NCBI GenBank assembly: GCA_022510605.1
Contig: JAFLTB010000005.1
Span: forward strand, 254-64,253
DNA length: 64,000 nucleotides
Direction of reading: 5' to 3'
Source: Lachnospiraceae bacterium
GTDB taxonomy: Bacteria; Bacillota; Clostridia; Lachnospirales; Lachnospiraceae
The notes beneath the pieces were generated by a model. The model worked only from the letters and a program-made list of their open reading frames with translations, did not search any database and was not told the origin of the DNA. The stretch's first letter is position 1, and the number at the start of each line of letters is the position of its first letter. The translations under genes were made by a program, and so were the position numbers. This document shows, one piece after another, positions 1 through 8,733 of this stretch.

Positions 1-124
1 GCCTGCTGGTAACAGCAGGCCAAGATAGATGATTACCCAACGACAGAACCCGGCTTATCGTGCTGCTCCTTTTTTAATGACATAGGAATAGCCGCTTTGG
101 AATTGGGACATTTTGAAAGGAAGG

Positions 125-739
125 ATGCCTGTGACACGACTGGAACAGCAGATGAAATTTATTGAAGAGCTGGACAAAAATAAGGGAATTATCAGACAGA
201 ATTATGCTCTGGAGGGGGAGCGGAAGGAAAACGATGCGGAGCATATGTTTCACCTGGCTGCTATGGCGGCGGTGCTGTCAGAACATGCCAATGAACCGGT
301 GGATGTGTTAAAGGTTATGACCATGGTGCTGATTCACGATGCGGTGGAGATTGACGCCGGTGATACCTATGCCTATGATGTGGAGGGAAATGCCACGAAG
401 CGGCAGCGCGAGGTAAAGGCGGCTGACCGCATTTTTCATATTCTGCCTCCGGACCAGGAGGAATATTTTCGGGGATTATGGGAAGAATTTGAAGCAAATG
501 AGACGCCGGAAGCCCGGTTTGCCCATACGTTAGATAATGTGCAGCCGCCGATGCTCAACCATACTTCCCATGGAAAAGCATGGAAAGAGCATGGAGTGTC
601 CATAAGCCAGGTATATAAGAGAAATGAAACGACAGCAGATGGTTCTAAGGCATTGTGGGAATATGCCAGAGAGCATTATATTGAGCCCCATGTGGAAAAA
701 CCGGGAAAGCCGGGGGAAATTAAAGAGGATCGTATATGA
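125..739 (+). CDS. HD-domain phosphohydrolase (YfbR-like 5'-deoxynucleotidase family)
   Basis: ORF 113..739. ATG at 125 follows GAAAGGAAGG. Metal-binding motif H...HD...D is present (AEHMFHLAAMA, LIHDAVEIDAGD). The stop overlaps the next start (ATGA). Confidence 0.75.
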   Translation: MPVTRLEQQMKFIEELDKNKGIIRQNYALEGERKENDAEHMFHLAAMAAVLSEHANEPVDVLKVMTMVLIHDAVEIDAGDTYAYDVEGNATKRQREVKAADRIFHILPPDQEEYFRGLWEEFEANETPEARFAHTLDNVQPPMLNHTSHGKAWKEHGVSISQVYKRNETTADGSKALWEYAREHYIEPHVEKPGKPGEIKEDRI

Positions 740-2748
740 GTAAAGATATAAGCATATTAGAAGAACGTTATGAACTTGCCAGGGAAAGGATTCAGGAACT
801 TTTTTCCGAAGCGGAGGGAATCTATCGGGAGTATATCCAACAGACCTGTCAGATGTTCCAGACCCTGACGGAGGTGCTTGAACAGCCGGGAGATAAGAGC
901 CGGCTGGCAGAGTGGAATCAGAGGCTCTATCAGGAAGCCGCAGGAGAGGCCTATGAGACCTGCTTTGCCAATCCGGCTTATGCAGTGAAGGTATTGGGTG
1001 AAAAGACAGGGGAATATCTATGCTGGTACTATGTCCGGTTCCGGGACGCCATTGCGTCTGCTTATGAGGGAGATTTGGAAGAGGTTGTTCTGCGGATGGA
1101 ACTGTTTTTGCAGATGGTAAATCTTCTTTATGAGGAGGAGGAAACAGAGCGGGCCCTGAAGGAGGCCATGTACTATTTTGTCCATGATTATGACGAGGAG
1201 CAGATGGAAAAGTCTCTGAGGCGGATGCTCTGTCCGGAGAAGGCTCTCATCTATGACATTGTGATGAACAGCGATTTTTCCGATACTACCTATCTCTACC
1301 GTTACGGGGAGTACATCACGGATAATGAAATCCGAATGGCTTCCTTTTTATCCTCCCTGCCGGAGGAGAGCCTGTATGCCATGGCAGAGACCTATACGGA
1401 GGGGTACCGGAAGGGTTTTGAGGCCGCTGGCATTGACCTGACGAAGAAACAGACGGTGCAGATTCGCTACAACATTGGCTTTGAGCCTATGGTGCGCCAG
1501 GCCATCCGCCAGTTTGAAGCCATGGGATTACAGCCGGTATTTACGAGGAAAACCAATACCAAAGCCATGGGAGTGGTCAGTACCTCGCCCAATAAGCAGT
1601 ACCAGTACGACCACCGCTATGACGATGCGCTGTATCTGAATAAGGCCCTTGTCCAGAACCGACTGAAAATAGCGGAGCGGATATTTGAAAAATATAAGGA
1701 GGAGGCGGCGGTTTATGCCGGCCCGGCCGTGATAGAAATTTTTGGTGAGAAATTATTTGTCCCGGCGTCCAAAAAGGAGAGCCCTTCCTATACGAAGGAG
1801 CAGGAGGAATTATCGGTGGGCTACACAAGGGATTATGCCCTGCTCCAGAACCGCTATATTCCACAGGATTCCTATAGTTATACCATTATTGCCTATCCGA
1901 TACCGGAAATCGGAGCGCAGTTTGAGGAGATTTTCCAGGAGACGGTAAAGGTGAATACCTTAGACCAGGAAAAATACCAGCAGATTCAACAGACGCTGAT
2001 AGATGCCCTGGACCAGGGAGAGTATGTTCAGATTACCGGCCGGGGAGAAAACCGCACGGAATTGAAGGTGCAGCTGCATCCTCTGGAGCACCCGGAGAGC
2101 CAGACTAACTTTGAGAACTGTCTGGCCGATGTGAATATTCCGGTGGGAGAGGTCTTTACCTCCCCGCTTCTAAAGGGCACAAATGGAGTTTTGCATGTGA
2201 GTCAGGTATACTTAAATGAACTGCGCTATGAGAACCTGGAATTTACTTTCACCGATGGCATGGTGGCGGACTATACCTGTACCAACTATGGGCCAGAGGA
2301 AGAGAACCGGCGCTACATCAAGGAAAATATTCTGCACAACCGGGACACCCTGCCAATGGGAGAGTTTGCCATCGGCACCAATACCACGGCCTATGTTATG
2401 GGGCGCAAATATGAAATCGAAGCCAAGCTTCCGATTCTGATTGCCGAGAAAACCGGCCCCCATTTTGCCCTGGGTGATACCTGCTACTCCATGAGTGAGG
2501 ATGTGGTTTTACACAATCCGGACGGCAAGGAAATCATTGCGAAGGAAAATGAGTGCTCGGCGTTACGCCACACCGATGGGACAAAGGCGTATTTTAACTG
2601 TCATACGGACATTACGATTCCCTATGATGAACTGGGGGACATAATTGTCTTTACAAAGGACGGAAAAACCATTACACTGTTACAGGAGGGCAGATTTGTT
2701 CTGCCGGGGACGGAAAGTCTCAATGATATACTGGAAAAACAGGAATAA
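736..2748 (+). CDS. M29-family aminopeptidase (AmpS/PepS-like) with a long unrecognised N-terminal extension
   Basis: 670-aa ORF. The C-terminal ~400 aa carry M29-like motifs (VNIPVGEVFTSP, GEFAIGTN, GPHFALGDTCY). The first ~270 aa are not recognisable. Start overlaps the upstream stop. Confidence 0.7.
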   Translation: MSKDISILEERYELARERIQELFSEAEGIYREYIQQTCQMFQTLTEVLEQPGDKSRLAEWNQRLYQEAAGEAYETCFANPAYAVKVLGEKTGEYLCWYYVRFRDAIASAYEGDLEEVVLRMELFLQMVNLLYEEEETERALKEAMYYFVHDYDEEQMEKSLRRMLCPEKALIYDIVMNSDFSDTTYLYRYGEYITDNEIRMASFLSSLPEESLYAMAETYTEGYRKGFEAAGIDLTKKQTVQIRYNIGFEPMVRQAIRQFEAMGLQPVFTRKTNTKAMGVVSTSPNKQYQYDHRYDDALYLNKALVQNRLKIAERIFEKYKEEAAVYAGPAVIEIFGEKLFVPASKKESPSYTKEQEELSVGYTRDYALLQNRYIPQDSYSYTIIAYPIPEIGAQFEEIFQETVKVNTLDQEKYQQIQQTLIDALDQGEYVQITGRGENRTELKVQLHPLEHPESQTNFENCLADVNIPVGEVFTSPLLKGTNGVLHVSQVYLNELRYENLEFTFTDGMVADYTCTNYGPEEENRRYIKENILHNRDTLPMGEFAIGTNTTAYVMGRKYEIEAKLPILIAEKTGPHFALGDTCYSMSEDVVLHNPDGKEIIAKENECSALRHTDGTKAYFNCHTDITIPYDELGDIIVFTKDGKTITLLQEGRFVLPGTESLNDILEKQE

Positions 2749-2775
2749 AATGCACAGAGCAAGGAGGATAACAAT

Positions 2776-3288
2776 ATGGGAAAAGTTGGTATTTTGATGG
2801 GAAGCGATTCAGACCTTCCTGTTATGAAAAAAGCGGCAGAGATGCTGGAGAAATTTGGAGTGGATTATGAAATGACCATTATTTCTGCCCACCGTATGCC
2901 GGATATCTTTGTGGACTATGCTACAAAGGCAGAGGAGCGGGGTGTCGAGGTACTCATCGCCGGCGCTGGCGGTGCGGCACATCTGCCGGGTATGTGTGCG
3001 GCGTTATTTGATTTGCCGGTTATCGGTATTCCGATTCATACCAAAAGTCTGGGAGGCGTGGACAGTCTGTATTCCATCGTACAGATGCCATCGGGTATTC
3101 CCGTTGCCACGGTAGCCATTGACGGCGCGGCCAATGCGGCAATTTTGGCGGCAAAGATTTTATCCGTCTCCGACAAAGAACTGAGAAATAAATTAAAGGC
3201 GTATAAGCAGGAGATGAAAGAGGGCGTCAGCGCCAAGGCAGAAAAACTGGACAAGCTGGGCTATGAGGCTTATATTAAACAGATGTAA
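2776..3288 (+). CDS. purE: N5-carboxyaminoimidazole ribonucleotide mutase
   Basis: 170 aa. Motifs MGSDSDLPVM, ISAHRMPD and AGGAAHLPGM are typical PurE signatures. RBS AAGGAGG lies upstream. Confidence 0.9.
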   Translation: MGKVGILMGSDSDLPVMKKAAEMLEKFGVDYEMTIISAHRMPDIFVDYATKAEERGVEVLIAGAGGAAHLPGMCAALFDLPVIGIPIHTKSLGGVDSLYSIVQMPSGIPVATVAIDGAANAAILAAKILSVSDKELRNKLKAYKQEMKEGVSAKAEKLDKLGYEAYIKQM

Positions 3289-3309
3289 TACGTTCAGGCG
3301 GAGGATGGA

Positions 3310-4590
3310 ATGACAAATACAACCGCGATTATAAATCAGCTGGAAAAGGGAGAGTATGATACATGCCTTCGGGAACTCTATGTTGATGAGGAAAAAACAG
3401 CCGGTCAAAAAGCCAGATACCAACAGGGGATTCAATCCTATGTGGACTATTTTGGGGAAGGCGAAGTGGAGATATATAGTGCTCCGGGACGCAGTGAGAT
3501 TGGCGGCAATCATACCGACCACCAGCATGGTGAGGTATTGGCCGCCTCCATTAACAATGACGCCATTGCCATCGTAAAACCATTGGGAGAACCTGCGGTT
3601 AAGATTGTTTCTGAGGGATATGATATGATTACCCTTTCCCTGGACAATATCACTATGAAAGAGGAAGAAAGGGAATCGACCCCGGCGTTAATAAAAGGTG
3701 TATTAGCAGGAGTAAAACAACGTGGGTATAAAATTGGCGGCTTCCAGGCGTATATTACAAGCGATGTGCTGATTGGGGCAGGTTTATCCTCCTCGGCGGC
3801 TTATGAGACACTGCTGGGAACGATTCTCTCCGGTCTTTATAACGATGGGAAGATTTCGCCGATAGAAATTGCCAGGATTGGCCAGTATGCGGAAAATGTG
3901 TATTTTGGCAAACCCTGCGGTCTGATGGACCAGATGGCCTGCTCCGTAGGCAATCTTGTGCATATTGATTTTGCCAAACCGGATGAACCAAAGGTCAGGA
4001 AAATTGATTTTGATTTCAACAAGGCCGGTTACAGTTTATGTATCACGGATACGAAAGGTTCCCATGCGGATTTGACAGCCGATTACGCAGCCATTCCAGA
4101 GGAAATGAAAGCAGTGGCAGATTTCTTTGGAAAGAAGGTGCTGGTTGAGGTGAGCCGGGAACAGCTCCTTGACCAGATTGTGAAGGTACGTGCTGTGGCA
4201 GGTGACCGGGCGGTACTTCGTGCCCTCCATTTTATATGTGAAAATGAGCGGGTGCAAAAAGAGGCAGAGGCCTTGAGACAGGGAAAGGTAAGTGAGTTTT
4301 TTGACCTTGTGAAAGCATCCGGCGATTCATCTTTCAAATATCTGCAAAATGTATATTCAAATCAGGATGTGGGACATCAGAATGTTTCGATTGCCCTGGC
4401 ACTCAGCGATATGGTTTTGGAAGAGAAGGGAGTCAGCCGTGTGCATGGGGGCGGTTTTGCCGGAACAGTACAGGCATTTGTAAAGAATGAAATAGTGGCA
4501 GGGTATCAAAAAAAGATGGATAATGTGTTTGGGAAAGGTTCCTGCCGTGTATTAAAGATTCGTAAGTATGGTGGAATAAAAGTTTTTTAG
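3310..4590 (+). CDS. galK: galactokinase (GHMP kinase)
   Basis: Galactokinase signature GRSEIGGNHTDH and GHMP ATP motif GAGLSSSAA. Adjacent to galE. Ends with TAG. Confidence 0.85.
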   Translation: MTNTTAIINQLEKGEYDTCLRELYVDEEKTAGQKARYQQGIQSYVDYFGEGEVEIYSAPGRSEIGGNHTDHQHGEVLAASINNDAIAIVKPLGEPAVKIVSEGYDMITLSLDNITMKEEERESTPALIKGVLAGVKQRGYKIGGFQAYITSDVLIGAGLSSSAAYETLLGTILSGLYNDGKISPIEIARIGQYAENVYFGKPCGLMDQMACSVGNLVHIDFAKPDEPKVRKIDFDFNKAGYSLCITDTKGSHADLTADYAAIPEEMKAVADFFGKKVLVEVSREQLLDQIVKVRAVAGDRAVLRALHFICENERVQKEAEALRQGKVSEFFDLVKASGDSSFKYLQNVYSNQDVGHQNVSIALALSDMVLEEKGVSRVHGGGFAGTVQAFVKNEIVAGYQKKMDNVFGKGSCRVLKIRKYGGIKVF

Positions 4591-4608
4591 GAGGGTGAAG
4601 GTTAAAGG

Positions 4609-5592
4609 ATGAGTATTTTAGTATTAGGCGGCGCGGGATATATCGGCTCACATACGGTATATGAGCTGATTGACGCAGGAGAAGATGTAGTTATTGTAGA
4701 CAATCTGCAAACCGGATTTCGCGAGGCAGTTCATCCAAAGGCGAAATTCTATGAAGGGGATATTCGCAATCGTGAGTTTATGGACTCTGTATTGGAAAAA
4801 GAAGATATTGACGGCGTGATTCATTTTGCCGCCAGTTCACAGGTAGGAGAGAGTATGAAAGACCCTCTCAAATATTACAGCAATAATCTCTGTGGTACGG
4901 AGGTTTTGCTGGAGAGTATGGTGGCCCACGGAATTGATAAAATTGTATTTTCATCCACAGCGGCAACCTATGGAGAGCCGGAGAGTATTCCGATTGTAGA
5001 GACGGACAGAACCCTTCCAACAAACTGCTATGGGGAAACAAAGCTGTCCATGGAGAAAATGTTTAAGTGGACGTCCAAGGCTCACAATCTTCGTTTTGTT
5101 TCCCTCCGGTATTTTAATGCCTGTGGTGCACATCCGGAAGGAATGATTGGAGAGGCCCACAATCCGGAAACCCATTTAATTCCATTGATTCTTCAGGTGC
5201 CGAATGGACAGCGTGAATATATCTCCATCTTTGGAAACGACTATGACACGGAGGATGGAACATGCGTCAGGGATTATATTCATGTCAATGACCTTGCCCA
5301 GGCACATATACTTGCGCTGAAATATCTCCGGGAAGGAGGAGCCAGCAACATTTTCAATTTGGGAAATGGAGTTGGCTTCAGTGTGAAAGAAGTGGTGGAG
5401 ACGGCGAGAAAGGTTACCGGGCATCCGATTCCGGCAAAGGAAGAGGAGCGGCGTGCAGGAGACCCATCCACTTTGATTGCATCCAGTGAAAAGGCAAAAG
5501 AGGTTCTTGGCTGGAAACCACAGTTTGATGATTTGGAAACGATTATCTCAACTGCATGGAAATGGCATCAGTCCCATCCACAGGGATATTAA
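4609..5592 (+). CDS. galE: UDP-glucose 4-epimerase
   Basis: Rossmann motif GGAGYIGSH, catalytic YGETK (YxxxK), 327 aa. Confidence 0.92.
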   Translation: MSILVLGGAGYIGSHTVYELIDAGEDVVIVDNLQTGFREAVHPKAKFYEGDIRNREFMDSVLEKEDIDGVIHFAASSQVGESMKDPLKYYSNNLCGTEVLLESMVAHGIDKIVFSSTAATYGEPESIPIVETDRTLPTNCYGETKLSMEKMFKWTSKAHNLRFVSLRYFNACGAHPEGMIGEAHNPETHLIPLILQVPNGQREYISIFGNDYDTEDGTCVRDYIHVNDLAQAHILALKYLREGGASNIFNLGNGVGFSVKEVVETARKVTGHPIPAKEEERRAGDPSTLIASSEKAKEVLGWKPQFDDLETIISTAWKWHQSHPQGY

Positions 5593-5604
5593 TCTGGAAT
5601 TTTT

Positions 5605-5645
5605 TTGGCATTGGGAAGATACTTGTTTTCCAATGCCAATTTGTT
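5605..5645 (+). terminator. intrinsic terminator after galE
   Basis: TTGGCATTGG (5605-5614) pairs perfectly with CCAATGCCAA (5630-5639), followed by TTTGTT. Confidence 0.6.
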
Positions 5646-5705
5646 AACATGAGAGTGGCTCGCTTTAGGAGTCACTCGTTGTTTCTGAAAGGAAAATCAA
5701 AGAAT

Positions 5706-6428
5706 ATGAAACCTGGGATAAAAATAGCGATATGTGATGATGAGGCGGTCTGCAGGGAAAGCATGGAAAGGATGTGCAGGGCTTGTTTTGAAGAGAAAAA
5801 ATACTCTGTGGGAATACCGGATATCCATGTTTTTTCGTCGGGACAGGAAATCATCACATCGGATAAGGAGTATGATATCCTGCTGCTGGATATTGAAATG
5901 CCGGAGCAGGACGGTATCAGCATCAAGGAATATCTGGAAGCAAACCGGAAGCAGACCAGGATTATTTTCACCACCAGTCATAAAGAACGGGTACTGGAAG
6001 CATTCGGGAAGAATGTAGTAAGTTTCCTGGTGAAACCGCTTGTCAGGGAAGAGTTTCAGAACGTAATGGAAAAAGTGCTGTCGGATATATGCGGTCTGGT
6101 ATTGGAACTCGAAGAGAACGGAGAGACTTTTATGATACCGGCAAAACAGATTAAATATATTGAAGCACAGGATAAATATACCCTGGCAGTGACAGAAACA
6201 GGAGAGCATCTGATGCGCCGGACTATGAAATTCTGGGAAGAAGCGCTGCCATGCCAGGATTTTGTCCGCATTCATAAGTCATATCTGGTCAATTTGGAAT
6301 ACTTTGAGAAAAAAGGAGAAGAGGTTCGTCTGGACAAGGGAAAAAGTGTTAAGATAAGCAGATTAAGGAAGAATGAGATTCGGGAGAAGTACAAGGAGTT
6401 TTTGCGAAGAAAGGTTAAAGTGATGTAA
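5706..6428 (+). CDS. LytTR-family response regulator (REC + LytTR DNA-binding domain)
   Basis: Start trimmed to ATG 5706 (MKPGIKIAICDDE), because the ORF-track start at 5556 runs through the galE terminator. REC acidic pocket CDDE and LLLDIEMP. C-terminal LytTR motif FVRIHKSYLVN. Confidence 0.88.
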   Translation: MKPGIKIAICDDEAVCRESMERMCRACFEEKKYSVGIPDIHVFSSGQEIITSDKEYDILLLDIEMPEQDGISIKEYLEANRKQTRIIFTTSHKERVLEAFGKNVVSFLVKPLVREEFQNVMEKVLSDICGLVLELEENGETFMIPAKQIKYIEAQDKYTLAVTETGEHLMRRTMKFWEEALPCQDFVRIHKSYLVNLEYFEKKGEEVRLDKGKSVKISRLRKNEIREKYKEFLRRKVKVM

Positions 6429-7736
6429 GTGGCAGATAAGGCGTTGGAGATTCTTTATTATATAGTGTATGCCGTGGAATTGTTTCTGATTGGTGATGGA
6501 ATATTTCATAACAGGGTAAGGGAAAAGGCAAAATATGCGGCAATGGCAGGAGTCTATTTACTGGTTGTTATACCTGCCGTACTGTTTCTAAATCATAACG
6601 TTTTTATAATACTGGCATTGAATATAGTGATGTACCTTGTTTTGTTTCAGGGAAATATAATCTCGCGTATTCTTCATTTTGTGGGAGTATATTTACTGAC
6701 AAACATGGCAGAAAGTATGGTATTTGGAATTGGCATTATTTTATTTGGTTCGTCATTGAAAAATATAGAAGTAAATGCTGTCAGGTCAGGAGGATTTAGT
6801 TTATTTTTTGCTTTAGTAATTACGGCCTGTCTTTTATATATTGTCCATAGAAAATGGACACAAAATTTTATTACGTATTTCCGTGCGCTGAATTGGTTTC
6901 AATATCTGGTGATTATTCTGATTATATGGAGCGGAATCTTACTGATCGGAATCATTACGGTAATGCCGGAGTATATCGAAGACCAAACAGAAAGCGGGAT
7001 GTTATTTGGGTTAACTATTATATTTATGGGAACGGCTCTTGTGGGAGTTGTTTTGCTGGTATTTAATGCGTATAGGAAAGACTATTACTTAAAGCAAAAT
7101 AATATAAAAGAAGAGATTATCCATGTCCAGCAGAGGTACTTTCAAAGCATATACGACAATGACAGGGAAATGCGCAGGTTTCGTCATGATATATATTCTC
7201 AGTTAAGGTGTCTTGGACAGATGTTAGCAGAGGGGAAAACAGAAGATGCCTGGGAGCACTTGCAAATCTTGGGAAATCATTTTGAGGAATTAACAATCCC
7301 AAAGTACCATACTGGTAACGAGATATTGGACGTCATCATCAATCAGAAAATACAGGAGGCAAAAAAGAAAGGTATTCGCATAGAACTTGAGGGGAAAATG
7401 GATAAACCGGACTTTATGGATACCTACGATTTATGCACTTTATTTTCTAATATACTTGACAATAGTATCGAGGCATTGGAAACAATGCAGGATTATAAAG
7501 AGGCGATTACCGTTTCCATTCTGACACATAAAAATACAGTACTTTTTCAATTTACAAATCCGGCAACGGCTGAAATGTATGAGGCAATAAGGCATAGCAG
7601 AACGACTAAGACAGATAGTAAAAGTCATGGATTTGGGATGGAGAATATTCGGAGGGTGGTTAATAAAAATGGTGGAGAGATAGACTATTTATTTAAGGAT
7701 GGAACGTTGATTGTAGAAATATATTTTGAAATATAG
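6429..7736 (+). CDS. AgrC/LytS-like (HPK10) membrane sensor histidine kinase
   Basis: GTG start abuts the regulator stop. Multiple N-terminal TM helices with no large extracellular loop. H-box RFRHDIYSQL, N-box FSNILDNSIEA, G-box SHGFGMENIRRVV. Confidence 0.8.
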   Translation: MADKALEILYYIVYAVELFLIGDGIFHNRVREKAKYAAMAGVYLLVVIPAVLFLNHNVFIILALNIVMYLVLFQGNIISRILHFVGVYLLTNMAESMVFGIGIILFGSSLKNIEVNAVRSGGFSLFFALVITACLLYIVHRKWTQNFITYFRALNWFQYLVIILIIWSGILLIGIITVMPEYIEDQTESGMLFGLTIIFMGTALVGVVLLVFNAYRKDYYLKQNNIKEEIIHVQQRYFQSIYDNDREMRRFRHDIYSQLRCLGQMLAEGKTEDAWEHLQILGNHFEELTIPKYHTGNEILDVIINQKIQEAKKKGIRIELEGKMDKPDFMDTYDLCTLFSNILDNSIEALETMQDYKEAITVSILTHKNTVLFQFTNPATAEMYEAIRHSRTTKTDSKSHGFGMENIRRVVNKNGGEIDYLFKDGTLIVEIYFEI

Positions 7737-7767
7737 CGAAGGGATCTGCTGCCTAGTGTGGCAGACC

Positions 7768-7802
7768 TTTTGCATTGTGCGACAAATTTTTGCACTTTGC
7801 GA
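7768..7802 (+). promoter_or_regulatory. tandem direct repeat, candidate LytTR-regulator binding site
   Basis: TTTTGCATTGTGCGA (7768-7782) and TTTTGCACTTTGCGA (7788-7802) match at 13/15 positions with a 20-bp period. They lie just upstream of a -35-like hexamer. Confidence 0.45.
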
Positions 7803-7810
7803 AAGAGAAA

Positions 7811-7839
7811 TTGCAGATAAGAGGAGGACATGATATTTT
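7811..7839 (+). promoter_or_regulatory. putative sigma-A promoter of the ABC transporter genes
   Basis: TTGCAG (7811-7816), 17-bp spacer, TG at 7831-7832, then TATTTT (7834-7839). Confidence 0.35.
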
Positions 7840-7908
7840 TGGCTTAGGGAAGCTGTGGTTATGCCATCATGCTGGCACACGGCGGCGCTAATTTGAAAGG
7901 AGGAAAGA

Positions 7909-8697
7909 ATGGGGAAATTATTAGAAGTCAGAAATCTGACTAAGAAATATTATGAGGGGGCAATAGAAAGCAGGGCTGTAGACAGTATAAATCTGGAGGT
8001 GGATGATCGGGAATTTATCATTGTCATGGGGGCTTCGGGTTCAGGAAAAACAAGCCTGCTGCATCTGATAGCCGGCATTGATACTTTTGACGAGGGAATG
8101 ATACATTATAGGAATGCGGACCTGGGACATATGAGTGAAAGGGCAAAAGCGGTGTTCCGGCGCTCAAACATAGGAATTGTATTTCAGCAGCACTGTCTGA
8201 TTCCCGATCTTACTGTCTATGAAAATATTATGCTGCCGGTAATGTTAGACAGGCGAAGGCGGAAGGGAAGAGAGAAGACTTCCATGAAAAATACAATTTC
8301 CAAACTGTGCAGACAGGTTGGCCTGGAGAAACACGTCAGAAAGTATCCGTCGCAGCTGTCGGGCGGGCAGCAGCAAAGGGCAGCTATACTGCGTTCTATT
8401 ATAAACAGGCCGCCGCTGTTACTGTGCGATGAGCCCACGGGAAGTCTGAATTCAGCACATACGGATAGCATTATGAGACTGTTAAACATATTAAACAAAA
8501 AAGGACAGACAATCCTTCTGGTTACCCATGACATTAAGGTGGCTGTCAGAGGAAAACGCATTGTCTATATGAAAGACGGGAGAATAGACGGAGAATTGAA
8601 ATTTTCGGAAACGCACAGGGATGATATATCCGAAAAGGAAGTATATCAGTTCAGGGAAAAAGAACTGATGAATTTTCTGCAGGAAAAAGGATGGTAA
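7909..8697 (+). CDS. ABC transporter ATP-binding protein (MacB/FtsE-like clade)
   Basis: Walker A GASGSGKTS, signature LSGGQQQR, Walker B LLLCDEPTGSL, RBS AAGGAGG. About 40 aa of C-terminal extension ending in GW. Confidence 0.9.
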   Translation: MGKLLEVRNLTKKYYEGAIESRAVDSINLEVDDREFIIVMGASGSGKTSLLHLIAGIDTFDEGMIHYRNADLGHMSERAKAVFRRSNIGIVFQQHCLIPDLTVYENIMLPVMLDRRRRKGREKTSMKNTISKLCRQVGLEKHVRKYPSQLSGGQQQRAAILRSIINRPPLLLCDEPTGSLNSAHTDSIMRLLNILNKKGQTILLVTHDIKVAVRGKRIVYMKDGRIDGELKFSETHRDDISEKEVYQFREKELMNFLQEKGW

Positions 8698-8733
8698 GGA
8701 TTTGAGGTGCCATAGAGCGGGGAGAGGATGAAT

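Noticed and set aside
1-20. Perfect 8-bp hairpin GCCTGCTG-GTAA-CAGCAGGC at the window edge, considered as a possible terminator.
   Set aside because: There is no T-tract on the + strand, and the upstream context lies outside the window. Its strand and function cannot be assigned.
5556-5705. The 50-codon N-terminal extension of the LytTR regulator ORF, and likewise the extension of rpsO from 50490 and of gltB from 38052.
   Set aside because: The extensions run through terminator or promoter sequence and lack an RBS. Internal starts have good RBSs and give canonical N-termini.
5697-6275. 192-aa antisense ORF opposite the LytTR regulator. Similar long antisense ORFs occur at 17116..17691, 28108..28701, 35928..36521, 41808..42383, 54814..55365 and 34944..35513.
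   Set aside because: Each overlaps a gene whose opposite-strand product has clear family motifs. None has a convincing start context or a recognisable domain.
7689-7880. 63-aa - strand ORF spanning the kinase 3' end and the intergenic repeat region.
   Set aside because: It overlaps the kinase CDS and the putative promoter or repeats. It has no RBS and an unremarkable composition.
7861-7896. 11-codon mini-ORF MPSCWHTAALI in the leader of the ABC transporter, ending right at its RBS. I considered it as a candidate autoinducing or leader peptide for the LytTR system.
   Set aside because: It has no convincing Shine-Dalgarno, is far shorter than AgrD-type precursors, and has no processing enzyme nearby. 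It cannot be supported from sequence alone.
5593-7908. Search for agrB/agrD-like genes to complete an Agr-type quorum-sensing locus.
   Set aside because: No additional ORF of suitable size or hydrophobicity fits between galE, the regulator, the kinase and the ABC genes.
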